The notes beneath the pieces were generated by a model that worked only from the letters and a program-made list of their open reading frames with translations, had not been told where the DNA came from and made no database searches. From positions 5,642,001-5,706,000 of the forward strand of contig CP075493.1 of NCBI GenBank assembly GCA_021613535.1: a stretch of 64,000 nucleotides of DNA, written 5' to 3'. Numbering within the stretch: the stretch's first letter is position 1; each line of letters begins with the position of its first letter. Position numbers and translations under genes: made by a program. The DNA comes from Adineta vaga (Eukaryota > Animalia > Rotifera). Below are positions 15,582-29,358 of this stretch, piece by piece.

Positions 15582-18474
15582 TCAAACATAATTAGTTTCC
15601 ATATTTAATTGTTGATGTTCTTGCAGTTGTTCTTCATCTTCATCATCAATTCGAATTGTTGCTTTGGTTAAACGAAAACGAGTACCACGTAATTGTGTTT
15701 CATGTTCGTTTTCGGCAAGTCTTACTGATTCTACAGTAAATGGCGCGCATGAATAAGATTGTGTACGAATTTTTCTTGGACTATGTGGTAAATGTTGAGG
15801 ATGATCTTGATTAGGTTGAAGAGAACATGCTTGATATGTATTATAATGTGTTGGATTATCCCAAAGACAAGCTCGATGATCCTGAACATTTTGATGATGA
15901 TCTTGTTCTTCAACAATTTCTTGTTCTTGTTGATGTTGAAAAAGTTCCGTCCATTTCGGTGGTAACACATCCATCATTAAAGTCTATAATAAACAGAATA
16001 CAATCATTTTTATTCTCAGTCTTAACACTAACTGGTAATGGTTGTTTATTTTTCAATCCAATATCTAGTCGATTAGCATCTTGATCGAATTGTACCATAG
16101 TTTTATAGAGTTGTTTAACTTTATCTCGAGCTTCGGTATTATTTAATGTTAAATCATTTTGATTCGTCATATCTAAATCATGTAATGAAGCAAGTGCTAG
16201 TAATTGTTTTCGTCGTTCACGTTTTGCACTATCACTACTAAGAAATGAAACTGATAAAGCACTTTTATTCTCTTCATTCATTTCTTGAGTATTATGAATT
16301 GTTTTTTGATAATCACGAAATCGACGCATATCATTATGAAAAAATCGGTCTTTATCCGATTGTTGTTGTTCATTGCGAGTACCACTTGGAGCAACTTCTT
16401 TAATTCGTAAGACAATTAATGCACAAACAACGATACAAACAATATTGACAAGTGTAAGAAGAAAACTTGCAATTGCTAAAATAAATGTTTCAGTTGACAT
16501 ATTACAAGAATATAGTGAACGATAATCATTCGAGAGAAATGTTTGACATGTTATTTGATTAAATGGATATATTTTACGTTTAAGAATCTAAAATTTATAT
16601 ATATATAACTTAGTGAACAAAGAAAGATCATTTATTATTTGTACATACATAAGTTTCATTTGAAAAACGACCAAATGACTTTGGTAAAGATGCTGTTAAT
16701 AACGAATAACCTAAGAGAAGACCCTAATTACAAAAGAAAATAGGAGTATTTTATTCAATAAAACATTTTACCGAATTCACTGCTGGTGGCAGTAATGATG
16801 CTGATATAGCAACGCCAACCAATGAACCTGATCGGAAAGAAGAATATCAGTAAAAATGTAATTGAATAGATTTATCAATCCTACCTGCATTTCCTCCTAA
16901 GACTGACAATGCTACACCAGCTCCCGAAGGTAAAGCAATCATACTACCAACGGATAATCGAGTTAGATCACCACTAACATAAAAAAGCATCATCTTAATA
17001 AAGAAAAATTCATTACTAAAAATACCGTGCTTTCATTTCTAGTGTTGGAAAAGACGTTGTACTACCCCAATTTGTTTCCCATACAGATGTTCCTAATCCA
17101 ATTAAAAATCCTAAAATATATCGAAGAAAAACGTATGTATATGATCATATTCTCTTCATTTGTTCGTACCACAAGTTAGACAAATGAAAAGACCGAAAAA
17201 TTCTGTTCGAAGTCCAGCCCGTCGTAATGAACGGTCATGTATACAAGATCCAAAGACAATAGCTAAAATCGGTCCCTGAAAAATCATTTCAAAATTATTC
17301 CATATCTTTTCTTTTCGAAGACAAACCATCAATGGTGAAATAAGCATAGAAGCAACAAGTATAACAGAACTATTTTCTAATAAACCAAGAGATGCTAAAA
17401 TACTTGGAAATAAAAAACAAGAAGACAATTCGAACATAACAAATCGATTTTATACTAAAATATTGCTTTACCTAGCAAGAGTAAGAAGAACAACAAAATC
17501 AAAGGTAATTGCTGATTGTGCACGAATTGCTTGAACAACTTGAAAAACCATCAAACGTGATCGAATACTTTGCATAAAATCAGCTCGAATGGATTTTCGT
17601 CGTTGTGATTGTCTGTGTTCAACCAAAAACAAAAAGCAGATTAATCATTGGTATAATTTAATGAGTTTTCTTTCTAATTACCGAGGTGGAGGTGGATGCG
17701 GATGTGGTGATGGCACATCAGCACAAACTCTAGCAACTTTTAGTGGATGATCTATAGTTGGTTTTAATGATGTTGTAGATAATGTTGGAACTTTACATGA
17801 ACTCAATGGTGCTAAGGGTGAATAACCAATTGCATATGTCAGAGGTAGAACACTATGAAATACAAAAGAGAATAAGAAATCATGTTGAAAAGATTCTAAA
17901 ATCGTTCATACGCTACTCTTGTACCGTTTAGCTGACCAATCCCTATAGCTGATAAACGACGAAGAAGTTCCTCACAGAGTGTACCAATCTCTGATACAAA
18001 TGTTACCTTAAGAAAATAGAAAAAAAAACACAGAGTAAATCAACCAGGATTTTCTCGAAAAGAACTTTGAACTAATTTACTTCGTATTGTTTACGATCAG
18101 CAGAAAGAATCCATGTTGAATATTCATTTAAACCATATCTATCAAGAATAGCATTTTTAAGAAGCTAGAGAAAAAATCCAATAGAAATAGAAATGAATTA
18201 TTGAGAATTTCATTTGTTTTTATTAACCTGGCATAGAGACAATGAATTCAGTTGGACGGGTTCTGGAATCACAGACATAACTCGATCAAATTGTGGTGTT
18301 TCACCATCATTTGGTTCATATGATTGCTAAAAAAAGATCTCATAATAAAATCAAGAAGAAAACATATTCCTCTTCACTTCTTACTCTAGTTTTACTCGAT
18401 CCATTTTCATCATGACTCATTGGTATTGTCCAATCATTAGGTACTATTATAATGAATAGATGATGGTCACACAT
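15582..18474 (-). CDS. DUF389-family multi-pass membrane protein
   Basis: ITFDFVVLLTLASILASLGLLENSSVILVASMLISPLMGPILA; IALPSGAGVALSVLGGNAGSLVGVAISASLLPPAVNSG; more than 10 short exons, ATG at 18474. Confidence 0.85.
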
Positions 18475-19565
18475 TTCTGACTAGTGTGTGAATATGGAAA
18501 ATCTAAATAAATGACGAACAAATCGAGAAAACGTGCGTTTTGTACTTCTTCAAACGAATGTACGTCACGTACATATATATTCAAGTTCTTATACAAGCTT
18601 TGTCTAGAATGAATGGGATGATTACGACGCGAAAAATCAAATGAAGAGAAAATAACAAATGAGTGTTTTCAGATTGTCGATATTCGTACACGTCGATATA
18701 TATGTAAGAAAAAGAATGTTCTCGGACATCATGATAGATTGTTTGCGATCGTGTTTAAATAAAAATAAAATTGTCTGACACATATCATAAGAGCATACAA
18801 GTACATTATATAGATACACAATACTTCTATCACTCGTTCACTGTACGGTTGATTGAATTTATTTTTAAATTTTTAATGTTTTTCTTTCTTTTCGATCAAA
18901 AATGAATAGGTCCTTTTTTTGTCAATTTTACATTAACTATCGTCATTTCTTCATCGAACAAATCTTGTTATCTGTCTGTCATTATCTCGATATTTACGAA
19001 GTCTTTATTGATACGAATCAATAATTGCAATAATTAACATTCGGCCAACCATTCCTTCAATTTTGTGTATATTCTTTATTCATAGATGTCCTTCGTAATT
19101 ATTTATGATTAGAGAAAAAACATATTTCATTTTCAATTTAAACAATAAATGTCCAAATACAATAAGTTGGTGCTTTGAATCAATATGAATCGATAAAATC
19201 GTTCGAATAATTAATAGTACGGAATTATGCCTTTGCGATTCGACGCTATTTATCAGTGTCACAGAGACAGTTTTCTTCTATTTATTCATCTTGACATATT
19301 TGTCCTTTAATCATCTACATATATATGTATGTATGGATATCATACAGCATCGTTTTTTTTTCTACTGTTCGGCAAACAGCTACCAACCGTCGACTATCAA
19401 GATCTGTATATATCCCTATACATATATATCCTCGTTCCTTATTAGTAGTGAGTCTTGTTCGTTGTCGTTATAACAGACAAAAAAGAAGAAGTAAAAGAAG
19501 AAGACATTAAGTATTTTTTTGCTTCTTTTTGTGTTGCTATTTCTGGATCATCTCCTATTCATATA

Positions 19566-22159
19566 ATGGTAAGATTTTTATACGTTTTTTTTTCTTCATT
19601 TCATCATTATACGAAACGATTAATCGAGTTACTTTGATGTTAAAAGAATTGCATAGAATATTGGATTAGAACTTTTTTATGGTATTGAAATTGATCTATA
19701 GCTACTCTCACCATTGCATACAGTACATCCTATAATCGACAATTAAAAAACGATTTGTATAAAAAGAAGAAAAATTAATAAGTGATGAAAATAACACAAT
19801 TCAAAAGACAGTTTCATTGACATGTAATTCTGTAAGAGCTGTTGGCGAGGGTCGAGGTGGTACCGGTGGCGGTATACGCACAGGTGTTGATTTTGATGAT
19901 GAAGCTGGTGATTTTTGACGGCGATGATGAGATTTGTGATGATGTTGATGGTGATGAGAGTGTTGATGATTATCATTGCTATTACTACGAGCTGAAGATT
20001 GAGTCTTAGGAGAAGATGTTATTGTTGGAGGAGACGTTGATTGTTGTTTTTCTTGTTGTTGTTGCTGTTGTTGTTGTTGTTTTGTTTGATCAATGACTGT
20101 TGTATGAAGCATTGAATCATACGGTTGATAGAAATCCATTGAATTGGAAAGAAAACAATCAGCTAGTGCGCGTTGTTCATTAAGAAGTAATTTTGGAAAG
20201 AGTATATCAAATTTAACAATAAGATCACCACGTTTCGTTAGATCTTTTGGATAAGGTAAACCTTGATTAGGAAAACGTTTTTCCGTTTGTGGTGTCAGAA
20301 TTTCTTGATAAGTTCGTAATTGATAGGATGGTAAAGTTGAATCAAGAAACGGTATGACTAATAATGTTCCAAGTAATGCTTGTTTTAATGTGACTTTAAC
20401 TCGAAAGATTATATCTGAATTTGAACGTTCAAATAATGGATGAGGTTTATCACGAATAATGAAGACAATATCACCAGCTATTGTATATTGATCACCTTCA
20501 TCACCTTCATTTTCAAAGGTAATTTTCGTTCCTAAAAGAATTCTCTTGATGATTAACATTTGTTTGTCAAATATATATATTTCATTTTATTTCTTACCTT
20601 CTTTCCATCCTGGTTTAATCTGAATTTCTAAGACTTTCTCGTCTTTAACTGTTGTATTCAAGTCGGCTTTATATCGATTTCGTGTTACTTTTAATTTCCT
20701 AGTTGCTCCTTTTAAAACTTCATCTAATGTAATGTAAAGATCATAGAATGTTGTTGGATCTTTATATTTTATATAATAATTATTCAATGGATCATATGTA
20801 GAACTAGTTGCAAATGACGAATGAGAATGACCGGTTGAAAATGGATAACGAAAATGAGTACGTGAATCGCCATTAAAACAATTTCGCACATCATCAGAAC
20901 CAAAACGATCATAAATCGAACGTTTTTGAGGATCAGATAGCATTTCATAGGCTTCACTAATATCAGTAAATTTCTTTTCGGCATCGAGATCATCACGATT
21001 TTTATCTGGATGATGTTTCAATGCTTTTTGTTTATAAGCTCGTTTAATTTCATCCTCAGTTGCCCATCGATTAATACCCAATATTGCATAATAATCTTTG
21101 TTCACCATTTATGTTCTTCTAACGATATGTAACTTGTACAGATTGACTTTTCTTCACTTGATTTTTCGTATTACCATCATCATCATCATCATCGTCATCA
21201 TCCTTGTACGTCTGCTATGATGATTTTTCTTATGAATGTGTAATACGACTCTTTTCAGTTGAATTATACGTAGGTGACTGAGAAGAAAGAAAAAAGAAAA
21301 TGAATACGATATATATTATTTTACCATTATAACTTATTTCAAACTTACGAGTATAGCGTTAATGTTGTTCAATAACATACCTAATGAAAGAAGAAAAAAG
21401 AATACATACATAGCGAATATACTATAACATGTTTTGTCTGATCACTTTGATGTAGAAGAATGAAGTCAGATGAATATTGATTGAACTTTACTATGCAATA
21501 ATAATTTACATTAGTATAGACAACTTGTGAAGAAAAAAACTATTATTATTAATGTGTTGACAATTAACAAATTTTTCCGTTTTATTTAGGTAGATTTAAC
21601 TGAACGATGCGTACTTTTATGCATTATATTCAGTGTCTATATATGTCAATATGTTCATAGTCAATCAGCAAACGTTAATTCTGCCGATCGTAATAAAAAA
21701 CAATTAGAAGAAATAGAAGAAGCCAATGAAGAACGGCAAGAAAAAGATTTAGCAAAACGTACGTTCTTTTTCTTGACTCTCATTCGAAAATAGAAAGATA
21801 CATAGTTGACATTGTATCTCTTCGTAGTTTATTCACCATCAAAAGCGAATGCATTTCTAACCTATGATAAATGTATGCAACGAATGAAATGTCCAGCTAG
21901 TCGTAAAGAAGAATGTAGTGAAGAATGTACAGCAGGTATGTTTATGAAATGGTTTTATTTATTCTAATTTTTTGTAATGATAGGAAATACGGAAGAAGAA
22001 ATTGAAGAACATAGTGAACTGACAAAAGATGAACATCGAACTTCAATGGCAAAAGCATCTAAACGAAAATATGAACCAAATATTCAGCCAAAAAAACGCT
22101 CATCTAAAAGTAAAACTATGCCAGTGAATGATAAATCAACAACGAAAATCGATTTGTAA
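19566..22159 (+). CDS. Secreted orphan protein (151 aa, 4 Cys in mature core, Glu-rich); first intron hosts the DnaJ gene
   Basis: ATG|GTAAGA at 19566-19574, then exons 21590-21758, 21828-21935 and 21984-22159 in frame. Signal-like [25 protein letters not shown]. Confidence 0.7.
19801..21108 (-). CDS. DnaJ/Hsp40 class B (DNAJB4/5/13-like) with polyQ/His/Pro tail
   Basis: J domain [11 protein letters not shown]...HHPDKN...[18 protein letters not shown]; C-terminal domain KPGWKEG|[39 protein letters not shown]; one intron. Confidence 0.92.
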
Positions 22160-23619
22160 ACTTTTTATTTTCTTACATTTAAATTCAAGCCTTTCTCTAA
22201 AGTACAATGTAACCTTATTTTTTTTTCATTCTAGAAGAATAAAAGATAGATGATAAATAATTTACTTTTGTTAATTAGCGGTACATAATAAAAGGGAGGA
22301 GAGGCATGTCCTTGAGCAGTCATTTTGATAGAATCAAATCGAGTTAATTATCACCACTCGCGTTAACCTTTGCAATGACATGTTGTTGAATAATATAAAA
22401 GATATTTGTGTAATCATCAAAGTACAAACATGACAACGACATTTTGAAAATAAATTGATTGAATTATATATAATTGTTATATTCAGTTTTTCATATGTCA
22501 AAAAGATGTTCAAATAAAAATACAGATATTTTCGAAATTGAAAATGATTGTTGACTAATTCTTTTAATCGTAGATTGCCTATTTACATCTGTTTTTGCGC
22601 AAAACTCACAGCTGGTGATCTACTGCCTCCCTTGCGCCGTCGCATGTTAATCAATATAGATAACGATATTGTTTTTCTCATCGCTGTATACTCATATTTA
22701 AAGTTATCTAAGCAATTAGCATTGATACAACCGAACTAAATCCAATCAAGCTTTTTAACTTTCCCAACATATATCATATCAATAGCATGCCGACTGAGAT
22801 AGAACTTGAATATTTTTACTTGATCGATTAATTGTCAGAAGAAAATTTTTTATATTTGAACACTTTAATATTCTTGTTTTCATAATCACCCACTGAAAGA
22901 AAGAAAAAGAGCTGAAAAAGAAACTAAAATACTCAGACAAAAAAACTTTCATATTGTCATAAATATATATATATACTATATGCACACTATACCGTTTTGC
23001 AACGGCTGGATAATTGCGTTCAGTTTTACAAAAAAAGAAGTATATCGAAACTTAAACATTTTGCATTGTTACATTGTTCAATTTTAAGTTTGATAAAATG
23101 AGATCAAACCGCTTTTGAGTACATGGTTAACACAGAGATTTCTTAGAGAATAGAAACGTTTTGCAGGATTTATGCAAAACTATTTTTTGTATATTTTAAT
23201 CCAAATAGACGGTTCAATAAATAAATCTGTTAGAGTAGTTATTCAGTTCATTGATCAGTAGATGTCGCTAGCTTGTGATCTCACAATTGAATTAAGAATT
23301 CGTAATCTCATATCAATCTTGAAGATAATTTTCGTCAAAAACCACAAAATCTTCTTATATAACTATGTCAGTTTATTTATTTTACATTTGATCCATCTGA
23401 TGAACATCTAATTAATGACTGGATAGAAATCACCAATGGAGGATCGCGTGAGTTTAATGGTTGTGTTTATTTATCGTGTTTCGCCTCTCTCGTGTATACC
23501 TGTCAGATCGCATCATTTCTTTTCCAAGCAAACGATTCTTATTCTTCGTCAAAGATAAAAATTGATTAATTGCAATTCATATCCATGCAATTAATATCAT
23601 TTACATAATATCGAAAATC

Positions 23620-24326
23620 ATGCAAAGTGATTACACTTTTCTGACTGATCATTCATATTCTATTCGTGTTGATTATGATAAACTACCTCTTAAACAACGC
23701 GAAATGAAAAACAAAAAGCGTCGTGGAAATTCCATTTCATCAAGTAGGATACAAATTTTTCTTCGACTTATAATCTATTCCTGTTTTTGTTTTTACAAAT
23801 TAGGAAAAACCTCATCACCAACATCCATTCATCGTAGTTCAAGTGATAAAGAAAACAATTCATCAAATCCAATCGATGTATCCGTAATTCCAAAAATTAA
23901 CAAAACAAAAAAGAACAGAACTAAACCTCGAACAGCATCTACAAAGAAACAGTCTACTAAATCAAATTCCAAAGTATGATTTTCTTTTTGAAAACCATTC
24001 AATAACAATTTTTCGTTTACTTTTAGTCAAATATGAAATCTCTTTCGAATAAGATTATTCAAAAGAAAACGTCAAGTATGAATTTACCAGATACAACTAG
24101 TATCTTACCATCTTTATCAATTGAAGAACGTGTAAAACTTCGTCGAACAGCACCACTTCTTGCTCCACCAATTCAACCTATAACAACTAAAAAATCTCTC
24201 AAACGAATCCATTTTTCAAAGACAAAAAAAGAAATTATTAAACCCAAAAAATTCTTTCTTGGTTCAGGTCTTGATCTTGACAATATTGTTGCTGGCAATC
24301 GTCAACGACGTTCTATTCAAACTTAA
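23620..24326 (+). CDS. Uncharacterised basic Lys/Ser-rich protein, 3 exons
   Basis: ORFs 23620-23979 and 24033-24326 are linked by short GT-AG introns; ends FFLGSGLDLDNIVAGNRQRRSIQT. Confidence 0.6.
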
Positions 24327-24732
24327 AATAACTAAACTCTGTTCTATCATGGTTTTTCTCTTTCTGTGCCATATGATTTTCTCATCTATTGATTCTATGA
24401 CATATATATATATATATATACTTTGTTTAGTATTGCTTGCAGAAGACAGAAAAAAACTAAGTGTTTCTTTTAGTTTTATTTATTTGTGTATATGATGATT
24501 TTTTTTTGTTTGTTTTGCTTTCTATGTGTATTAGATTGGTTCTTGTAGAACTACAATGTGCATTGATGTACAGAAACAAAAAAAAACAACAAAACGTAGC
24601 ATATATATGTGTATGTATGCATGATAAATTGACAAAATAGATTTTAAACTAACAAAAAAATACTTTCCTGAGATTATCAAATATCAATAGAGATGTAGAT
24701 GATATCCTATCTATCTTGTAGACATCAACGAT

Positions 24733-25908
24733 ATGAATAGATCTATATCTAAACAATCATGTTCTCATCGTTTTATTAATCAAGAAACTGGTAAATGTTT
24801 GCATTGTGGTTATATGAACATTCCCATCGAACCAATTATTCCTGTGCATAAATATTCATCCAATGAACTTGATGATGGTTCATTAGAACTTGAACATTAT
24901 GAACGTTTAGTATTAATGCTTGATGAATGGAAAAAAACGATGACAAATCGAATTGAGTCAATGTATAAATCTAAACTTGAACGTTTACGCGATGAATTCG
25001 AACGACAACAAGCAACAAGACGTCGTATTCAAGCTGAACAGAATAAAATTGAAACTGAATATGAACATGAAGAAATTGAATTAACAAATATTCATTTTCA
25101 ATTAGATCATTTCGTATCGATTGATACTGAATATACATTAATAGCAGCATCATCGGAAACTATTCTTTTACATGATGGTCGAGTATTTAAATTATTCGAT
25201 AAAAATCTCCGTCCGTTATTTGCTTTAGATTTAACGAATTCAATGCGCGAACGTTCAAAAGTTGTTGATCTATGTTATATTTCATATCTTTCATCCTATT
25301 TAATCTTATATGAACAAGGTTTATGGACGTTTCAACCAGGTTCAAATGCAAATTTAGTAACATCAATAAGACGACGAGGTTATCTATCTTTAACAACAAA
25401 TACTAAAGATCTATTTATGCTTGATATCGATGGTACCATTGAACAACGTTCACTTGTTTCCTGGACATTTCTTCGACGTTATACTAAACAACATCTATTA
25501 AATGATTATATTAATGATCAATTATTATCTATACGTTTTCATTCCATAGAATATACGATATTAATTGCTATTGTACGTACAACAAATAATCGTCGATGTT
25601 TAATGATATATAAACATTTTGGTTCGAATACATTTAAATTCTTAGATCGAATTCTTTTTCCAAATATCAATATTTATACCATATCACCAATACATTTATC
25701 ACATATTTGGTTAATTACAACATGTGAAAAACAATCATTCTTTTTTCTTGATAATAAACGTGAATATCATCAACGTGAACAACAACAAATTTGGTTTGAA
25801 TTTGATTTTGATTATCGAATTAAAAATGCTATACAATTTGGTACAAATCAAAGACATCTAATCGTGCGAACGATTCGACCAAGTCAACTAAGACTTTATC
25901 ATTTTTGA
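24733..25908 (+). CDS. Uncharacterised intronless 391-aa protein: N-terminal C/H cluster, coiled coil, beta-rich (propeller-like) C-terminus
   Basis: Long ORF; CSH...CLHC; coiled coil (LDEWKKTMTNRIESMYKSKLERL); alternating hydrophobic strands afterwards. Confidence 0.75.
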   Translation: MNRSISKQSCSHRFINQETGKCLHCGYMNIPIEPIIPVHKYSSNELDDGSLELEHYERLVLMLDEWKKTMTNRIESMYKSKLERLRDEFERQQATRRRIQAEQNKIETEYEHEEIELTNIHFQLDHFVSIDTEYTLIAASSETILLHDGRVFKLFDKNLRPLFALDLTNSMRERSKVVDLCYISYLSSYLILYEQGLWTFQPGSNANLVTSIRRRGYLSLTTNTKDLFMLDIDGTIEQRSLVSWTFLRRYTKQHLLNDYINDQLLSIRFHSIEYTILIAIVRTTNNRRCLMIYKHFGSNTFKFLDRILFPNINIYTISPIHLSHIWLITTCEKQSFFFLDNKREYHQREQQQIWFEFDFDYRIKNAIQFGTNQRHLIVRTIRPSQLRLYHF

Positions 25909-26319
25909 TAAATTGTTTTTTTCTTTGTGTATATTTGTTTGAGTATTTGGATCAAACCAACTAAAGTTATTGACAGAAAAAAAAACAGATTTGAAAAATC
26001 TTTTAATAAAGTCAATTAGTCATTGATGGAATATGATCCATCTTTTCTCTTCGTCGTTCAAGTACTGCCTTACTTAGTGACGATATTATTCAAAAAAAAG
26101 TTTTCCTTATCATTACATGTTCCTCTCAAATCATATTAACAAATAATTCAATATAGTGACCGAGCCTAAGAGTCAAACAACAACTAGAGTGGAAATAACA
26201 AAAGAACATAGAAGGTACAAAGTAGCATCCTATGAATGAATATTGACGTAGGTTTGAATGAAAGAAAGAAGATGATGACAGTTAAAAGTATTCATATATT
26301 CCTCATACAAACACAACTA

Positions 26320-27251
26320 ACGGGTGGTCCAGAGTAAATGGGTAGTTTCATTTCAGGCATTTTTTGACGTATATTCTAAACCAATTTATTTTTGTTTTAT
26401 CACTAAAAGGTGCGCCGTGAAATTCTCTATCAGATGGAATAGCACTCGAGTATTTGTTTTTTAGAAAAACATATTTTATATTATGAACAGTGAAGACATT
26501 CAAAATGTCGTACTTTCTAAGTATAAGAATGTTGGTGATATACATAAAATATTTCATAATTTCAGTGGAAGTTTTGGATCATATCCGATTCAACACTGGT
26601 ACACGATCATCGACAAAAACGATGCAATCAATAAATTTTCATTCGAAACCGTTAGGAGGCATTCATAGTGTTTAAACGACGAGATCCATATAAACCAGAC
26701 TACGAAATAGCGAAATTACACAAAAAATGTATCACAACGAAAATTTGCCAAATTAAAAATGAGCGAAACAACGGCTTATGGGATTTTAATTGATAACGTA
26801 CATGTCAATCCTTACAAAATGCCTCAAGAATCTCCTTTTATAGAAAGGAGAAGAAAATTCAAAAACTATTATTCATTGGGTGACATATAACCTGAATAAA
26901 GATTATATCAAATGGTAGTTATTTTCGAATGAAAATTTATTGATTGCATCGTTTTTGTCGATGATCGTGTACCAGTGTTGAATCGGATATGATCCAAAAC
27001 TTCCACTGAAATTATGAAATATTTTATGTATATCACCAACATTCTTATACTTAGAAAGTACGACATTTTGAATGTCTTCACTGTTCATAATATAAAATAT
27101 GTTTTTCTAAAAAACAAATACTCGAGTGCTATTCCATCTGATAGAGAATTTCACGGCGCACCTTTTAGTGATAAAACAAAAATAAATTGGTTTAGAATAT
27201 ACGTCAAAAAATGCCTGAAATGAAACTACCCATTTACTCTGGACCACCCGT
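26320..27251. mobile_element. Non-autonomous Tc1/mariner-derived foldback element with 329-bp inverted arms and TA target-site duplication
   Basis: 26320-26648 is the reverse complement of 26923-27251 (termini ACGGGTGGTCCAGAG...CTCTGGACCACCCGT); TA at 26318-26319 and 27252-27253. Degenerate transposase N-terminus (MNSEDIQNVVLSKYKN...; KMSETTAYGILIDNVHVNPYK). Confidence 0.9.
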
Positions 27252-28738
27252 TAATTCAATTAGTTAATACTGATATGGTTAGTATTTTTCTTTCATAAAG
27301 AAAAGATCACGATTCTCAATAGTTTTGTAGTCGAACAAGATGAAATTGTCAAAACTCGAGATAATTTGTACAGTTCTTATTGAATTGATTCTTAGTACAC
27401 ATATTTAGTTTCATTGAGAAAAGGAAATTATTTATAACGATATTAAATACAGATATAAAGAAGAAAAAATATATTTATATTAATAGGAATGATTAGGATC
27501 ATTTACAAGCCGGAATACTATCATCGATATTCCTTGAAGTGGATGATGTTGAAATTGGTCGATCGAAATCTATGTCTCATTGAGTAGAGGACGCAGATAA
27601 ACGAAGGAAAAATAATGAGGAATTAAAATCTCCACAAGCTTATTAGGATTATTCGACTTTGTATGGTAAGAAGATTTCTATGCTTTATTTATGATTGTAT
27701 TCTCCATAGGATCCAATATATGATTACGAATATTTTCTGAATTACAACATCACAAATGCCAATCACTGATTTAAATATATACCGAACAATCGGAATATGA
27801 ATCTACACTCGCTCGACATTCATTTATCTCTGATGTTGATAAAAATTGTTGTCAAATACTTGTAAATACGACATTTTCATTTCAACTATCTACAGATTTA
27901 AATCTTCAAAGATATGGTCCGTAGATATTATCGATGTTTATTCGTATGATAATAAAACATCCGTCCGTAAATGTTGAATACTTCTTTAATAGAAGCATCA
28001 AATACTTTCAAAATAACAGCTCCACTCTTACAATATATCATTCTTCGAGTTTTCTACATTTTCACTTTCAGCGTGATTATGAAGGAATCTGTCAAAATTC
28101 ATTAATATGCACATGATTTGTTATTGTGAAAACCTTTTTTTGTAAAGATCGCAAATTCATGGAACATCGGATGATAGAAAATGTAAGAATATAGTTAAAT
28201 CATTAATTACGTCTTTTCCAGCATTAGAATACTTCAATTCATTGATAATGTTCTTTTCTTACGTAAAACGTTTTTTTTCCCATAATGATGAACAACTAGC
28301 ACTATAATACAAAAAAACATGTCTATTTATCATCTTAAAATGATCGTCATTTCTCGTAGACTTTCAAGAGTAACAATCCCATTTTTTAAATTATGAGATG
28401 GAACTTTGTTACGTATATTTGAGGATAGTCTAATTTAAAACGGACGCATTTACAGTGCATGACCTCAATTGTCGTGATGCGTAATGGCATAAAATGAATT
28501 AGGTTTTATGCTTTTACGCTTAACCTTAAAATAGAAATTATAAGCTACCATTCAAATCAATGAAAAATGTCAATTTTCTTTTGAATATTTTTTATTTTCG
28601 AGGAAAAATTATACAAGACTGTACAGTAATATTTATATGTACACATATATACAAATTAATAATGTATTGATTTTCGTTTCGGTTTTTTTAATAAGTATTA
28701 TATACAAATGTAGTCCTTCGAATCTCTGTCTATATCGA

Positions 28739-29358
28739 TCATGGTAATGGTCCAGATGAACATCGATTTCGACGTGAATTAATACTGAAGATATATTCCA
28801 ATTCATCACTATCTTCTCGAGCTGGTGGAATAACGCGAAGATTTGGAATCAGATTGATGCCTGATTGTGTCTGAGGTAATGATTGAGCTTGTGGAGTTAG
28901 AGATTGTTGAAGAATTGGAACAGCATGAGTTTTACCAAAGCTATAAAGTGCTAAGAAAACAAACCGAAAATATTAATCCAGATGAAATTCGTTTTTTATT
29001 TAAATTTACTTTTCTTTGATCCATTATCACCATCATCATCATCATCATATCGATTTCGTCGTGGAGCTGTTGCTATGGCAAAAGCTCGTCGTTTTGGATC
29101 CATAATACGTAAATCGATTTCACTTGTTGTTACACCATCGCGAAAGAAAGCGACAGGAGGAGATGTACGTAATGAACTTGTCACAGAATCTGGACGATCT
29201 ACAAATAAATGTCTTCTAATATAAAAAAAAACAAATGTCATTAGTTCGAAATTATTACCAGTATTTACAAGTGAAGAACGTGGTGAACAATAATGATTAT
29301 TTGACTAGAAACAAAAACGATATGTAAAACAGACTAATTCTTGTTTGATACTTACCAT
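28739..29358 (-). CDS. Small uncharacterised spliced gene with apparent frame inconsistencies
   Basis: Regular splice signals around 28950, 29000, 29215, 29260, 29305 and 29355. Protein-like segments (MDPKRRAFAIATAPRRNRYDDDD; NLRVIPPAREDSDELEYIF) do not join without about two frameshifts. Confidence 0.45.

Noticed and set aside
22590-22650. Short GC-rich patch with TTTTGCGCAAAA palindrome
   Set aside because: No partner repeat or recognisable RNA fold found; too little evidence.
26348-27223. Mirror-image 61-69 aa ORFs
   Set aside because: By-products of the inverted arms; only the decayed transposase start is meaningful, and it is interrupted by stops.
26318-27253. PIF/Harbinger (TAA/TTA target) interpretation of the element
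   Set aside because: Left TAA and right TTA are not a direct repeat; a TA duplication with ACGGG termini fits, and the internal peptide is Tc1/mariner-like.
27490-27840. Intron-like GTAAG...CATAG at about 27666-27709 with coding-looking flanks
   Set aside because: Stops in all frames I tried; no coherent gene model (possible remnant or lncRNA).
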